Notes under the pieces: model-generated
Database searches by the model: none
Told to the model about the DNA's origin: nothing
Seen by the model: the letters and a program-made list of their open reading frames with translations, nothing else
Program-made: the position numbers and the translations under genes
From: a virus
Length of the DNA: 64,000 bases
Virus record (IMG/VR): IMGVR_UViG_3300042861_001913
Strand: one strand, 5' to 3'
In this document: positions 1 to 10,142 of the stretch, in pieces
How positions within the stretch are numbered: position 1 is the stretch's first letter
Layout: each line of letters starts with the position of its first letter

Positions 1-66
1 ATAAACCTTACTAAACAACTTAAATTGCGGCGTATCATTAATTGCGCCATCTAATGAAGTTAAAAC

Positions 67-405
67 TTATGAAGGTTCTACCAACCATATATTATCTACA
101 ACTATTGGTGTTTTTAAATGAATGGGAATGTCATCTTCGTCGTCCCATTCATAGTTAATTAAAGTAATATTGATATTATCATTCTCAATTACTATGTCAT
201 AATATCCATCTAAATCATCATTAATTGAACACGTTAACTTACTATCAATAATGCTGCAACAATTAAGTTTGATAAAACTATCATCATCTAACTGTAGTTT
301 AAATAAATCACAGTGTAATTCAACTCTATTGATTGATGTAAGAAAAATAAGTAACTTATCAACTACTTCTTTTAATTGTTTAATTATAGACATGGATATT
401 TCCAA
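67..405 (-). CDS. hypothetical acidic protein (112 aa; internal start MSIIKQ at 393 also possible)
   Basis: ORF track; packed in the leftward gene array; no recognisable motif. Confidence 0.5.
   Translation of the reverse strand: MEISMSIIKQLKEVVDKLLIFLTSINRVELHCDLFKLQLDDDSFIKLNCCSIIDSKLTCSINDDLDGYYDIVIENDNINITLINYEWDDEDDIPIHLKTPIVVDNIWLVEPS
338..347 (+). repeat. iterated 10-mer GTAAGAAAAA copy
   Basis: exact match, hand-located; antisense inside 67..405 (mRNA TTTTTCTTAC, codes IFLT). Confidence 0.9.
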
Positions 406-542
406 TTCATGTACTTAACGTAATCATCTTTAGTAACTTCAGTTGTTAATACTAAGTCACCTTCTGCAAATTCATTAATGTTATCTCCAGTAATAACACT
501 AATACTATAACTACCATCTTCGTAATCGTATCTAACGTACAT
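384..542 (-). CDS. small hypothetical protein (52 aa, MYVRYDYEDGSY...)
   Basis: hand-translated ATG ORF filling the gap between 606..1124 and 67..405; more plausible than track ORF 452..643, which runs through a terminator hairpin. Confidence 0.35.
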   Translation of the reverse strand: MYVRYDYEDGSYSISVITGDNINEFAEGDLVLTTEVTKDDYVKYMNWKYPCL

Positions 543-556
543 AAAGTTTCACCTAT

Positions 557-580
557 GAAAAAGCCCGCGATTAACGGGCT
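557..580 (-). terminator. rho-independent terminator-like hairpin
   Basis: stem AGCCCG 562-567 / CGGGCT 575-580, loop CGATTAA; plus-strand A5 at 557-561 gives a U-run 3' of the hairpin in the leftward transcript, just after the stop of 606..1124. Confidence 0.55.
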
Positions 581-605
581 AACTAATTTATGTGATTGAT
601 GAGAA

Positions 606-1124
606 CTACATCTCTTTTTTCTTACGCAATATAGGTTTTTCAATTAATTGTGTTTCGTAAATTAAGCTACTATCAATAATCTCAAGTCGTTTACCATTAA
701 CAGTAGCATTAATATCATATAACTTTAATACTGCATTACCATCACTAACACGTCCATTGAGTTTAATAGTTTGATAATTTCTACCATACTGTAATCTAAC
801 AATTAGATAGTTATGATTGAGATTCTCAAATATTACCCTACCAATAATGTTAACTACATCTAGTTCTACATTAGGTTGATCAATAACTCTACCAATTATA
901 GTGAATGATAGATATGGAGTTTGTGTATCACTCTGATTATAGATAGCTACATTATTAGTATTAGGTACTAAAATTAGTTCATTGCTTTCAGCCAAGTCTA
1001 GTTCATCATTATCTACTAGATATTGTACTTTTTGACTCAGTGTACATGGATAAGTGCTGCCAAATGCAGTTAGTGTACCGTTACAATAAGTCGCTGTCGT
1101 GATTACTCGTGCTTTCTGTTTCAT
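606..1124 (-). CDS. hypothetical protein with two IIGRV repeats (possible tandem OB-fold, speculative)
   Basis: ORF track; repeated FTIIGRVIDQP / VNIIGRVIFEN segments. Confidence 0.5.
   Translation of the reverse strand: MKQKARVITTATYCNGTLTAFGSTYPCTLSQKVQYLVDNDELDLAESNELILVPNTNNVAIYNQSDTQTPYLSFTIIGRVIDQPNVELDVVNIIGRVIFENLNHNYLIVRLQYGRNYQTIKLNGRVSDGNAVLKLYDINATVNGKRLEIIDSSLIYETQLIEKPILRKKKEM
615..625 (-). repeat. iterated motif GTAAGAAAAAA copy
   Basis: plus strand reads TTTTTTCTTAC; sense within 606..1124 (codes RKKKE at the C-terminus). Confidence 0.9.
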
Positions 1125-2868
1125 ATAGATTCAAGTGTTCCGGTTTAAATGTTCTATCGGGCATATTGTCTAGTGTAATCATGTGATAACTATTCTCCCT
1201 ATCTACTTTTCTAAATTCAATGTTGATTACTTTATTTATAATAGCAGGTTCTTCTATAACTTGTACAGTATCTCCTACTTTAAATTCACATGGGTTTAGT
1301 AATAACACAAGTTTATTACGTTCATCATTAGTTAACTTAGCTTGAACGTCTTTACGCTCGGTAATAGTAAGTGATTTAACCAGTTCTTTAACTGCATCAA
1401 CTCCATCATCAATAGCTGCAACTAACTTAACTTTAATTACTTCTAACTCACTTTGATATAACGCTGCTACACGTTCTTTCTCTTCAGCTTTATATTTCTT
1501 ATCTGCCTCAGCTTCTAGATATACAGTCATCCATGATTCTCCACTACTATCAATAGCATATATAAATGCTCTGTTATTACCGACATAACGTATGATACCT
1601 TCAGTAGATGTCATATCGTTGAGTCGCTTAACTACATCATTACGAGATGCGGCAGTTAGTTCGACTATATCATTAAGTGTTAACCCATAGACTTTAACCT
1701 CAGTATCCTCTACATCAACTTCATCACGCCATTGTTCCCATCGTTCAAATAATAATCGCAGTATTTGATTCTGTAATTCAATATTCTCAATTGATAATAC
1801 TGATTCCTTAAGTACCTTAAAGTACCAATAGTTAGCTTCATCTTTCTCGAATAATAAACTTAACTTAATAGGTTCACCATCACGAGGTATGGTGTGAACA
1901 TTAACAGTACCATCATCAGCAGCAAACATACTCCATACACCATCATTAGCGCGAGTTAAGGCACTAGATCCTGCCACACCATTCATCATACCAGTACGAT
2001 TATTAGCGTTAGCCATCTTAGTATTATGGTGCAGTAGAAGAATACTGAATCCATGTTCCTGAGCTAATGATTGTAACTTATAGAGCGCACTTGGTACTTC
2101 AGGACTATATTCTGTATAACCTGATACCTTGAGACTAGCCGCTAATGTATCAATAATAATAAGATTGATATTCTTCTCTTTAACTATATCTAGTATCTTA
2201 GTTTGATCTAATACAATATCTACATTACGAGTTACTATTAACTTCTCACTATTAATGAGTTCCTTATATAACTCAGGTTCTTCTAACTCAAGTAACTGTA
2301 AACCGTGATCATAGATACGATTTATAGTAGTACCATCAATAGGTTCTTCGTTCTCAATAAATAGAACATTGCCCGCAGTAGATTCTCTATTGAGAAATGG
2401 TGTACCTCTAGCTACAGCAACCGCCGCATGAGTAGCTAAATTAGTTTTCCCTACCTTTGGACTAGCAACTACCATTATGAGTTGACCAAATTTAAGTAGT
2501 CCCTTAAATATCCATTGAGTAGCTTTATCTTTACGTAAGTTAAGTAACTCAGCTAACGTATAGAGTTTGATCTCTTGTTGCTCTACGCTATATACTTGAA
2601 TTAACTGTTCAATGTCTTTCTTATCTGTTACAAACTTAGACATCCATTCAGTTAATTGAGCTTTAATTCTCTTCTGTTTAAGTAATGATTCAGAACTTGT
2701 CATTACAGCAATACGTTTACGAAATTCACTTTCTAATAGTGTATTAAAATCAGTTTCTATTTCATCTGGTGTTTTATCATAATCAGAACAATCTCGATGA
2801 ATTACCTCGTCTCTAAGTTGCGGTGTTAGTTCCAACAACATCTGTAAATAAATGTTGTAATCTTGCAT
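1081..2868 (-). CDS. RecA-fold replicative helicase-like ATPase (RepA/DnaB/AAA_25-like)
   Basis: Walker A VVASPKVGKTNLA, Walker B LIIIDTLAASL, LLLHHNTK sensor-like segment; directly downstream of the primase gene. Confidence 0.7.
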   Translation of the reverse strand: MQDYNIYLQMLLELTPQLRDEVIHRDCSDYDKTPDEIETDFNTLLESEFRKRIAVMTSSESLLKQKRIKAQLTEWMSKFVTDKKDIEQLIQVYSVEQQEIKLYTLAELLNLRKDKATQWIFKGLLKFGQLIMVVASPKVGKTNLATHAAVAVARGTPFLNRESTAGNVLFIENEEPIDGTTINRIYDHGLQLLELEEPELYKELINSEKLIVTRNVDIVLDQTKILDIVKEKNINLIIIDTLAASLKVSGYTEYSPEVPSALYKLQSLAQEHGFSILLLHHNTKMANANNRTGMMNGVAGSSALTRANDGVWSMFAADDGTVNVHTIPRDGEPIKLSLLFEKDEANYWYFKVLKESVLSIENIELQNQILRLLFERWEQWRDEVDVEDTEVKVYGLTLNDIVELTAASRNDVVKRLNDMTSTEGIIRYVGNNRAFIYAIDSSGESWMTVYLEAEADKKYKAEEKERVAALYQSELEVIKVKLVAAIDDGVDAVKELVKSLTITERKDVQAKLTNDERNKLVLLLNPCEFKVGDTVQVIEEPAIINKVINIEFRKVDRENSYHMITLDNMPDRTFKPEHLNLYETESTSNHDSDLL

Positions 2869-3646
2869 ATAGAAGTTCCTTTATATTATGTGTACCTACC
2901 AAATCAGCTATATCACCACCATCATCAGATGTAACATCATCAAGAGGTACAAGATAAAATGGTTTACCAAGTGACCATGCTACATATTTAATTAAGTCAG
3001 ATTTAACTTTACCGATTTTATCATTATCTGGAAGATAAATAATTCCAGTTATATGAGGATTACTTAACTGTGCGAATAGATAATTATTACTCCATCCAAA
3101 TGAAGGGGGTGATAGTGTTAACCATCCAGTAATTGAACTAACTATATCTGCACATTTCTCACCTTCAGCAATTAAAACACTACCATTAGTTATGTATCTT
3201 TGATTAAATAGACTTGTATTCTTACCTCTACCATATATCCATTGATTACCAACCTTATATTTAGGAAACAATTGCTTACTACCACCACTATCAACTCGTT
3301 CAACAATAAATTCATCAGAGTAAGAAAAATAAGTGATGCGGCGATCTCCTATTTGATATTGTTTAGCTAACTGATAATGGGGCGGACTAACCATGAGTGC
3401 ATCAAACTTAGTTATTGTAGGTTGTTTAATAACTAATGTTGATGGCGTAATTATGCCACTAGAACTAGATAAACCAAGAGCTGTTCTAATTTGAGCAGTT
3501 GAACAATTCTCAGTTACACATAAGTATGCCCAATCTAGTTTCTTATACTTTAATTTGCCACCACAACTAGGACACTTATAACATATCTCAGTTGCTAATT
3601 CACTTAATATTTCTAACTTACAATCAGCTAGATTAAATTTAGGCAT
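2813..3646 (-). CDS. DNA primase (Zn-ribbon + TOPRIM)
   Basis: CPSCGGKLKYKK...CVTENC zinc ribbon; TOPRIM glutamate IAEGEKCADI and YLPDNDKIGK (DxD). Confidence 0.65.
   Translation of the reverse strand: MPKFNLADCKLEILSELATEICYKCPSCGGKLKYKKLDWAYLCVTENCSTAQIRTALGLSSSSGIITPSTLVIKQPTITKFDALMVSPPHYQLAKQYQIGDRRITYFSYSDEFIVERVDSGGSKQLFPKYKVGNQWIYGRGKNTSLFNQRYITNGSVLIAEGEKCADIVSSITGWLTLSPPSFGWSNNYLFAQLSNPHITGIIYLPDNDKIGKVKSDLIKYVAWSLGKPFYLVPLDDVTSDDGGDIADLVGTHNIKELLYARLQHLFTDVVGTNTAT
3320..3329 (+). repeat. iterated 10-mer GTAAGAAAAA copy
   Basis: exact match; antisense in the primase gene (codes YFSY). Confidence 0.9.
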
Positions 3647-3647
3647 A

Positions 3648-3854
3648 TTAAATTATGCAAATATTTAAGTCTATTATGTATTGAGTTAACTCATCAATAG
3701 TAAACTCATTAGCATCACCGTCTAATAGCCGTTGATAAACTACTGTCATTTGAGTTTTTAAATCATCTAGTTTCTCATTATCGTCAAATGAACATTCTGC
3801 AAACTCTAAACCAATTAACAATAACGCTTCTAATTGATCTTTACTTATGTGCAT
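3648..3854 (-). CDS. hypothetical acidic protein (68 aa)
   Basis: ORF track; packed in operon. Confidence 0.5.
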   Translation of the reverse strand: MHISKDQLEALLLIGLEFAECSFDDNEKLDDLKTQMTVVYQRLLDGDANEFTIDELTQYIIDLNICII

Positions 3855-4059
3855 GATGAACTACTCCATGTATTGTTAATCTATGTTCTATATCACCTTT
3901 ATAATCAATTAGAGTTACTAGAACTTCATCTCCTTCAAGTACCATATCTATAATGTAGTTATTATATGATGAACTTAATTGAAATAAGTCATACGTCTCA
4001 TCTTTAATTAACTTAACTAACTTATCTAAATGTTCTTCTAATTCAGGTGTTAATTGCAT
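3841..4059 (-). CDS. hypothetical protein (72 aa from MQLTPELEEHL; track ORF extends to 4146)
   Basis: ATG at 4059 overlaps the Thg1-like stop (ATGCAATTAACACCTGA); the longer N-terminus would be antisense-nested in 4043..4771. Confidence 0.5.
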   Translation of the reverse strand: MQLTPELEEHLDKLVKLIKDETYDLFQLSSSYNNYIIDMVLEGDEVLVTLIDYKGDIEHRLTIHGVVHHAHK

Positions 4060-4771
4060 AATACTTCTCAATGTAATTTCTATCTTTAGTAAACTCAGGT
4101 ATTTCATTATCAATAATCCAACTACTTCTAGTTGTATCACCGACATTATAATAACTTTTAACTACACATCTACCACGTTTATTTGAAGTAGATAAATCAT
4201 TCCAGTTATAGCCTTGTTGAAAACATAACTCTTGTACTTCACTTGTTTTCTTACCTTGAAGTTGTTTATGTGGTATTAGAGATTGACCTAGTGTATTAAT
4301 TGAATTTCTAACTTGATCTTTCTGTCTCCAGATAAAGTAATTACATACATCAGATTCAGGTATATTAAAACTTCTACTATCAAAATAAGCACGTTTAATA
4401 TCACCATTCCAAATTAAGTTACTATTAACTGTAAATTCAACACTTGCAATAGCGGCACTTATTGATTCTATTTTAGATTGATTATAGTTAAACCATGCTT
4501 CACTAGTTATCTCTTTATAGTCATGTAATAGTAAACTTATTTCATCTGATTGAATATAAGCAACTTGTACATCTTGAATTTCCTCACATAACTTAATAGC
4601 TGTTAAATTCATAACATTAATTAAGTTAGCATCAAACTTATTCTTCAATGGTTTAGTGTATGTATGAAACGCTTTACCATCGAGACGTATGATAACAGGT
4701 GTACGTCTAGTTAAATAGTGAGTACATCTACTCTCGTAATAACCTTTAATTCTATCTCCAAGTGAATCCAT
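4043..4771 (-). CDS. Thg1-like tRNA 3'-5' nucleotidyltransferase (tRNA-His guanylyltransferase family)
   Basis: N-terminal RLDGKAFHTYTK and AYIQSDEISLL motifs typical of the Thg1/TLP catalytic core; length 242 aa fits. Confidence 0.75.
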   Translation of the reverse strand: MDSLGDRIKGYYESRCTHYLTRRTPVIIRLDGKAFHTYTKPLKNKFDANLINVMNLTAIKLCEEIQDVQVAYIQSDEISLLLHDYKEITSEAWFNYNQSKIESISAAIASVEFTVNSNLIWNGDIKRAYFDSRSFNIPESDVCNYFIWRQKDQVRNSINTLGQSLIPHKQLQGKKTSEVQELCFQQGYNWNDLSTSNKRGRCVVKSYYNVGDTTRSSWIIDNEIPEFTKDRNYIEKYYAINT

Positions 4772-4780
4772 AATAGTACA

Positions 4781-4796
4781 GGGGTTAATTAACCCC
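4781..4796 (-). promoter_or_regulatory. GC-clamped intergenic hairpin GGGGTTAATTAACCCC
   Basis: perfect 16-nt palindrome between the stop of 4809..5246 and the start of 4043..4771. Confidence 0.45.
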
Positions 4797-4808
4797 TAGT
4801 TAAAGTGT

Positions 4809-5246
4809 TTAATTATTAAGTAACTTAGTTATCTCATCTAACTCTAATTGAGTTTTAAGATCCGCACTCATTAAGTTATTTAGACGTTTCTCTAATGTAG
4901 CCAACTCACTCTTCTTCGTACTGATACTTAATCTACTTAATCTAGTTTTAAGATCAATTGTCCATTCATTTAATGTGTAACCTAGATAAGTAAACTTATT
5001 ATCTAAACCTAATATTTCAGTTGCTCTAGTGTGCATAACTTCTTTATTAAGTAAGAAAACAAGTATGTCTAGTATTTGTTGTTCATTTGCAGTTTGAATA
5101 TTAACAATAGCATTAGCATCAACAAACCATTTAAATGCACAATTAGTAACCCAATTAGGTTTAACTTCAAGTGCCGCGATTTCAGCTTTCTTCTTATTTA
5201 CGATATCGAGTAATTCTTGAACTTTAATATCAGACATATGTTTCAC
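4809..5246 (-). CDS. hypothetical coiled-coil protein (145 aa)
   Basis: ORF track. Confidence 0.55.
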   Translation of the reverse strand: MKHMSDIKVQELLDIVNKKKAEIAALEVKPNWVTNCAFKWFVDANAIVNIQTANEQQILDILVFLLNKEVMHTRATEILGLDNKFTYLGYTLNEWTIDLKTRLSRLSISTKKSELATLEKRLNNLMSADLKTQLELDEITKLLNN

Positions 5247-6256
5247 TATCCTTGAATGTATTGTTTACCGTTAACTAAATGAACTACTAAATCAGAATAG
5301 TTCATTAATAAATCATCTTTAGTTACTGTTATGTATTTATCATGACAACTAACTTCAGTTGTGTTAACTGCATTGTTACTAACTGTAATTAACTTACAGT
5401 AACTTAACACAACGTAATCTGAAATTAATGGAAGATAACCCTGTAGATAATAACCATAGATATGACCATTAATCTCTTTATATACATAACGTTTATCATT
5501 AGTAGGAGTTAATTGAGTTAGAGATACATGACTTATAAGAGATATGTTTTTACTACAGTTCATTATCTCTAGTAAGTCAACATAGTTATCTACAGGTAAC
5601 TCACTTAACCTAACTGATAAACTAGTTAATCCAGTTAGAGGAACTAACTTATTATTATCATCAATAAACACATATCTCTTAACTAAGTCATAACTAGAAT
5701 CACACCAGTTGTAATCATACCAATCATACTTACCAAGATAAGTTAAGTTAACTTGCTTTTTAGTTTGATAGATACATCCAGGTACTAAATCCCGCACACT
5801 TATTTTCTTACCTTGAAGAGATGTGAATTGATTGGCAGCTTTATATTCTTCACAGTTAGCTGGTAGTAATACTAATTTCTTACCATCCCAAGCATAGATA
5901 AACTCACCTTCTAACTCTCGCTTATTGCAGTTAGTATTCATTAATATGAATAGTAGATTAGATGGTGTTATCTCAAATTCAAATCCTCTATCATCGTATA
6001 CTCGAATCATTGATCTACCACTTGAATAGTGTGACCAACTATCTCTAGTTACATCCTTATTTAGAATGAAACCAGATCGAGGAGTATTATCTAACTCTAA
6101 TGTAGGGATAGTCGTATCTATCCAACCATTAAATGACTTCTCTTTGCGTAACTTACCAGTAGCATCATAGTAGATGATATAAGCTAATTGCTTAGTGAAA
6201 CATTCACTTCTAACTTGAAATCCAACTTTAATCCGCGATGGTATGAATAGCTGCAT
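5246..6256 (-). CDS. hypothetical protein (336 aa)
   Basis: ORF track; start overlaps the preceding stop. Confidence 0.6.
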   Translation of the reverse strand: MQLFIPSRIKVGFQVRSECFTKQLAYIIYYDATGKLRKEKSFNGWIDTTIPTLELDNTPRSGFILNKDVTRDSWSHYSSGRSMIRVYDDRGFEFEITPSNLLFILMNTNCNKRELEGEFIYAWDGKKLVLLPANCEEYKAANQFTSLQGKKISVRDLVPGCIYQTKKQVNLTYLGKYDWYDYNWCDSSYDLVKRYVFIDDNNKLVPLTGLTSLSVRLSELPVDNYVDLLEIMNCSKNISLISHVSLTQLTPTNDKRYVYKEINGHIYGYYLQGYLPLISDYVVLSYCKLITVSNNAVNTTEVSCHDKYITVTKDDLLMNYSDLVVHLVNGKQYIQG

Positions 6257-6908
6257 TATTAACCTCTAAATAATTAACGGAATCTTTTAGACGTAAGAAA
6301 AAAGTAGAGATGTGGTTTATTACTTCATCTAAATCGGTAGATACACAACTGTCAATTGTATTTCCTATTTCGTCATCAATATCAGACATTGAATTAATAT
6401 ATAGTATGAATTTACGATTATCATGAAAATGATAAATTCGTAAATTTATAGATTTGAATGAAGTTTTAAATTGAATACAATTAAGTTCATTATTTTCAGT
6501 AAACCACGTTAAATTAAACGCACTATCTAACTTATCTTTAATTACAGTTACTTCATCATCAGTTATTTTATTTAACTTATCTCTAGTTAACTTAACTGTA
6601 GTTCTATGTGATTTGATTACACTAGCTAAATCATTTAGATATTCATCTACTCCATCTAAATCATGTTGTAGATCGTAATTAACTCGTCTTTCTAATAACT
6701 CAAATAAGTTATCACTTTTAAAGTAAGCTACATTATCTTCATCTACTTCAATACTAGTTGCGGGATTATGTCCTATCTCATTAATCCACATAACACCATT
6801 ATCTTCAATGGTTAATATTACTTTATCTCCAGGATAGAATGAGTAATCTACATCTTCACCTCGACATTCAGGTAAATTACGTAATACTATTGCATTGTAA
6901 ACTTGCAT
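6228..6908 (-). CDS. hypothetical protein (226 aa)
   Basis: ORF track. Confidence 0.55.
   Translation of the reverse strand: MQVYNAIVLRNLPECRGEDVDYSFYPGDKVILTIEDNGVMWINEIGHNPATSIEVDEDNVAYFKSDNLFELLERRVNYDLQHDLDGVDEYLNDLASVIKSHRTTVKLTRDKLNKITDDEVTVIKDKLDSAFNLTWFTENNELNCIQFKTSFKSINLRIYHFHDNRKFILYINSMSDIDDEIGNTIDSCVSTDLDEVINHISTFFLRLKDSVNYLEVNNAAIHTIAD
6293..6303 (+). repeat. iterated motif GTAAGAAAAAA copy
   Basis: exact match; antisense in 6228..6908 (codes FFLR). Confidence 0.9.
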
Positions 6909-6910
6909 AA

Positions 6911-7378
6911 TTAATTTCCTACAACTACTTCTATTTCATGTAACGTTAAACCACTTAATGTCTCAAATTGCTCACGTTTATCATAAGGTAATTTAATGCG
7001 GCAACTCATACTTCTACTTCTGTCTGCTAACCTATCATCACCCCATACAATATAACTAGTTAATTCTCCGTTACATTTAACTAACGCAATTATAAATCGC
7101 GCAGACTTATCCTTAGTTAGCGCAATTCTATCTAAGTCATGATAACTAGTTCTATCGAAGTTAATATTTTCAAGTCCTTTTGATTTAGCTATCTCATATA
7201 ACTCAGCTAACTTAACTTGTACTTCAATATCATCAAACTTAAGTAATGTAAAGTAGAGATTAAATACATAATCTCTAGTTACATCATCTGAATCAATGTA
7301 AACGTACTTATCTTGATAGTAGATATTAATGAATGGATTACCTGGATGATTGTGAATGTATTGGTATGAATATGTCAT
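6911..7378 (-). CDS. hypothetical protein (155 aa)
   Basis: ORF track. Confidence 0.55.
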   Translation of the reverse strand: MTYSYQYIHNHPGNPFINIYYQDKYVYIDSDDVTRDYVFNLYFTLLKFDDIEVQVKLAELYEIAKSKGLENINFDRTSYHDLDRIALTKDKSARFIIALVKCNGELTSYIVWGDDRLADRSRSMSCRIKLPYDKREQFETLSGLTLHEIEVVVGN

Positions 7379-7388
7379 GTTACTATTC

Positions 7389-8201
7389 CTATTTAACTAA
7401 ATCTACTCGTTCTCCTAGAAACCCATATCGTTCAGCTTCAGTTTCCATTTGTTCCCAATCGAACTTAGCATTATCATAGTAGCAATTAACTAAGTTCTTC
7501 ATTTTATCCCAATAGAACATTACAGCATCATCATTAAGATAATAGATAAATGGTGATCTGCAAGTTTCAGTAACTCCAATAATATATGCGTTACTTACTT
7601 CATGAATGCAATTAGTACGTTGATTTATAGCAGCACAATAAGCAGATAATTGTAAGTAGTACCCAATTAGAGGATAATACTTACCACCATCTTTAGTTTG
7701 TGCAACTGGATATTTAGCTCTATTCCAGTTTTTCCAGTCCGCCACTGAATTAGATGAAGTAATAACCCCACTATCTCTACCAATGAACTTAGTGGTATCT
7801 ACATTGCCGCACATATCGTATGTACCAGCAAATCCACGTCCAGTAGCTTCATCTACCCAATATGTCTTCTCTTCAACAGCTATGGGAGTTATGAGATCAA
7901 GTACAGGTAGAAACTTATTGAAGAATACATCATCACTTGTTTGAGTTACGCTTGTTTTCTTACTCTTATAATAATCCTCGATTAATTTATGTACCTCAGT
8001 ACCACGAGTTGCAGCAGTCTGTGTTATTTTATTAGCTTCAGCTTCACCTACACTAGCACGCCATTTAAGTAATCCCTCTTTAGGTTTAGCGTAGTTAATT
8101 AATGTAGTAACTGATTTAAATTTCTTAGTTGTTCCATCTAATTGATATGAACGACCTTCTACTTCATCATTTATTTGAGTTAACATATTAGTCTTATACA
8201 T
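7389..8201 (-). CDS. PD-(D/E)XK (RecB/Cas4/YqaJ-like) exonuclease
   Basis: GTYDM ... VADWK (D...DxK) and YYLQLSAY (QxxxY) motifs; sits next to an SSB-like gene. Confidence 0.55.
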   Translation of the reverse strand: MYKTNMLTQINDEVEGRSYQLDGTTKKFKSVTTLINYAKPKEGLLKWRASVGEAEANKITQTAATRGTEVHKLIEDYYKSKKTSVTQTSDDVFFNKFLPVLDLITPIAVEEKTYWVDEATGRGFAGTYDMCGNVDTTKFIGRDSGVITSSNSVADWKNWNRAKYPVAQTKDGGKYYPLIGYYLQLSAYCAAINQRTNCIHEVSNAYIIGVTETCRSPFIYYLNDDAVMFYWDKMKNLVNCYYDNAKFDWEQMETEAERYGFLGERVDLVK

Positions 8202-8227
8202 ATTAAATATAAGACTAATATATCACA

Positions 8228-8566
8228 TTACTTGGATTCTAAATGGAAATTATGAAATATACCAAGACGACCTATATCGTAAGAAACAGAGATGAATGAC
8301 TTAGTTAATAAATCACCAAATTCACTGTAACTAACTTGATATTCATGTCGTTCATTAGTATCATCAACAACTACAATAGTGTACTTATCTGAACAACTTT
8401 CACCTAGATAGTTACCGCTACCATCGGAGTTAGGTGTACATGATTCCTCATGCCACTTATCAACTAGTACACCATTAATATTAGTGTGAGTTAATTCAGA
8501 TGCGTCAATTGCAGTACAACTAAATACAGTTAATATTACTATTATTAGATTTAGTATTAGTTGCAT
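8228..8566 (-). CDS. secreted or lipoprotein-like small protein (112 aa)
   Basis: hydrophobic N-terminus MQLILNLIIVILTVFSC with Cys after the h-region. Confidence 0.45.
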   Translation of the reverse strand: MQLILNLIIVILTVFSCTAIDASELTHTNINGVLVDKWHEESCTPNSDGSGNYLGESCSDKYTIVVVDDTNERHEYQVSYSEFGDLLTKSFISVSYDIGRLGIFHNFHLESK

Positions 8567-8985
8567 TAATAACCACCACTAACATCTTCTTGTTGTTTAG
8601 CTACATTAGGCATTACTTTAGCTAGATGAAAGAAGTGATTAACCTTAGTATCTTTATATGCTTTACCTTCATATTCGCGTACTCCATTAGTAATCATGCC
8701 ATGGAATACAACATTATTACCCTTCTTGAATACTAACTTCTCAGATGGTGGTTTCTCAATAGCATCTAGAAACTCAGTAGATGCGCCACCGTTATCCCAG
8801 ATTGTGAGATCATAAAAATCTACAATGTTCTCATAATCACCCGCTTCATTTTTCTTACTTCCTGCGTTAGCTGCAATCTTAATCTTTGCAGTACGCTTCT
8901 CACCTTTAGGCTCAATAACAATATCTGCTACTAAACGTCCAGCAATTGTAGATTCAGTACCAGATAGATAAAATTGATAAGCCAT
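8566..8985 (-). CDS. single-stranded DNA-binding protein-like (OB fold)
   Basis: SSB-like pattern STIAGRLVADIVIEP ... FYDLTIWDNGG ... FKKGNNVVFHGMI ... and an acidic/aromatic tail QQEDVSGGY. Confidence 0.5.
   Translation of the reverse strand: MAYQFYLSGTESTIAGRLVADIVIEPKGEKRTAKIKIAANAGSKKNEAGDYENIVDFYDLTIWDNGGASTEFLDAIEKPPSEKLVFKKGNNVVFHGMITNGVREYEGKAYKDTKVNHFFHLAKVMPNVAKQQEDVSGGY
8849..8858 (-). repeat. iterated 10-mer GTAAGAAAAA copy
   Basis: plus strand TTTTTCTTAC; sense in the SSB-like gene (SKKN). Confidence 0.9.
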
Positions 8986-9076
8986 GATTCTTTGTTCCTT
9001 ATTTAACTTTGTCGTTTGTTGTGCTTAGTCACCCCGCACGATGTTACTTCAACTATATTACCACAATAATCTAAAA

Positions 9077-9334
9077 TTACATGGGTCTATAACGATTAGG
9101 TCGATAATACTTCTTATACCAAGTTATTAGTGTTGTTTTAACCCACTCACATTCAGTAGCGTTATTACAGGCAGCTTTACTAGCAGCAAAGTCAATTAAC
9201 ATTGCTTCAGTTATTTCATCAGGTACAAAGTAATGATCACATAATACATCAGCAATGTATTTCAATACTGCGGGATTATTATGTTCTGCAACTACACTAA
9301 ATAGAAAGTATTGAATTGGTAATGTTATCTTCAT
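9077..9334 (-). CDS. hypothetical protein (85 aa)
   Basis: ORF track. Confidence 0.5.
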   Translation of the reverse strand: MKITLPIQYFLFSVVAEHNNPAVLKYIADVLCDHYFVPDEITEAMLIDFAASKAACNNATECEWVKTTLITWYKKYYRPNRYRPM

Positions 9335-9337
9335 AAT

Positions 9338-10138
9338 TTAAATATCCAATATAGTTCTTAATGCACAATCTAGATAATTAACTTGGTTGCCTGTATAAAC
9401 GTATTGACATTTACTATTACGTGTAGGTTGTCCAAAACTACCACATCTAACAAACTGAGGAGCGCGTTTACTTAATGTAGTGGCATGAGTTAAGCTAACT
9501 CCTTTATGATTAAGATATTCAACTACCGTAAAACTAACATCATCTGAATAATTATGTTCTAACTCTGCATCAATTACATCTTTAATACCAGGATTATTAG
9601 TGTGAGCTTCTTCAATAGCATCTAACTTAGTTGTTCTAGATAATAGTTGTTTATTAGTTTCTTCTTGTTGTGTTAACTTCTCGTTCATTGAGTTAATCAT
9701 CTTCATCATTTCAAATAACATCTGATTCTGATTAATGTTATCTAATGTTTGATTATTATATTCCTCATCTGATTTAATTACGTTAAATGCTGTATCACAT
9801 AGACGATTAATAGTTTCTTCTGTACCAGCAGCTAATAACGCTTGAGCTAAGGTATTACCTTTATTAGCCCAATATGTCCAGTAAGAAACAATAAGTTTAA
9901 TAGGTACAGCGTTAAATTTAATACCAGGTCTACTGTCAATTTCAACTTCGACAAGGCTGGAATCCTTATGTTGTAAAGCTTCTGAGGATTTACCTGCTAA
10001 AAATTCGTTAAGGCTTGCAGGACGTTTATTTATTGATAATCCAGCTTGAGTTTGACTAAGTTTATACGTACCATCAGGAAGCATAAATACTTCTAAATCA
10101 ACTGAACCGTATTTAATCGTAGTTCTTGTAGCTTTCAT
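9338..10138 (-). CDS. hypothetical protein, possible N-terminal phage DNA-binding domain
   Basis: ORF track; N-terminal region loosely Bro-N/KilA-N-like; weak. Confidence 0.5.
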   Translation of the reverse strand: MKATRTTIKYGSVDLEVFMLPDGTYKLSQTQAGLSINKRPASLNEFLAGKSSEALQHKDSSLVEVEIDSRPGIKFNAVPIKLIVSYWTYWANKGNTLAQALLAAGTEETINRLCDTAFNVIKSDEEYNNQTLDNINQNQMLFEMMKMINSMNEKLTQQEETNKQLLSRTTKLDAIEEAHTNNPGIKDVIDAELEHNYSDDVSFTVVEYLNHKGVSLTHATTLSKRAPQFVRCGSFGQPTRNSKCQYVYTGNQVNYLDCALRTILDI

Positions 10139-10142
10139 TTGT

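Noticed and set aside
452-643. Track ORF 452..643 (-), 63 aa
   Set aside because: It runs through the terminator hairpin at 557-580 and overlaps the 3' end of 606..1124. The alternative 52-aa ORF 384..542 fits the gap better.
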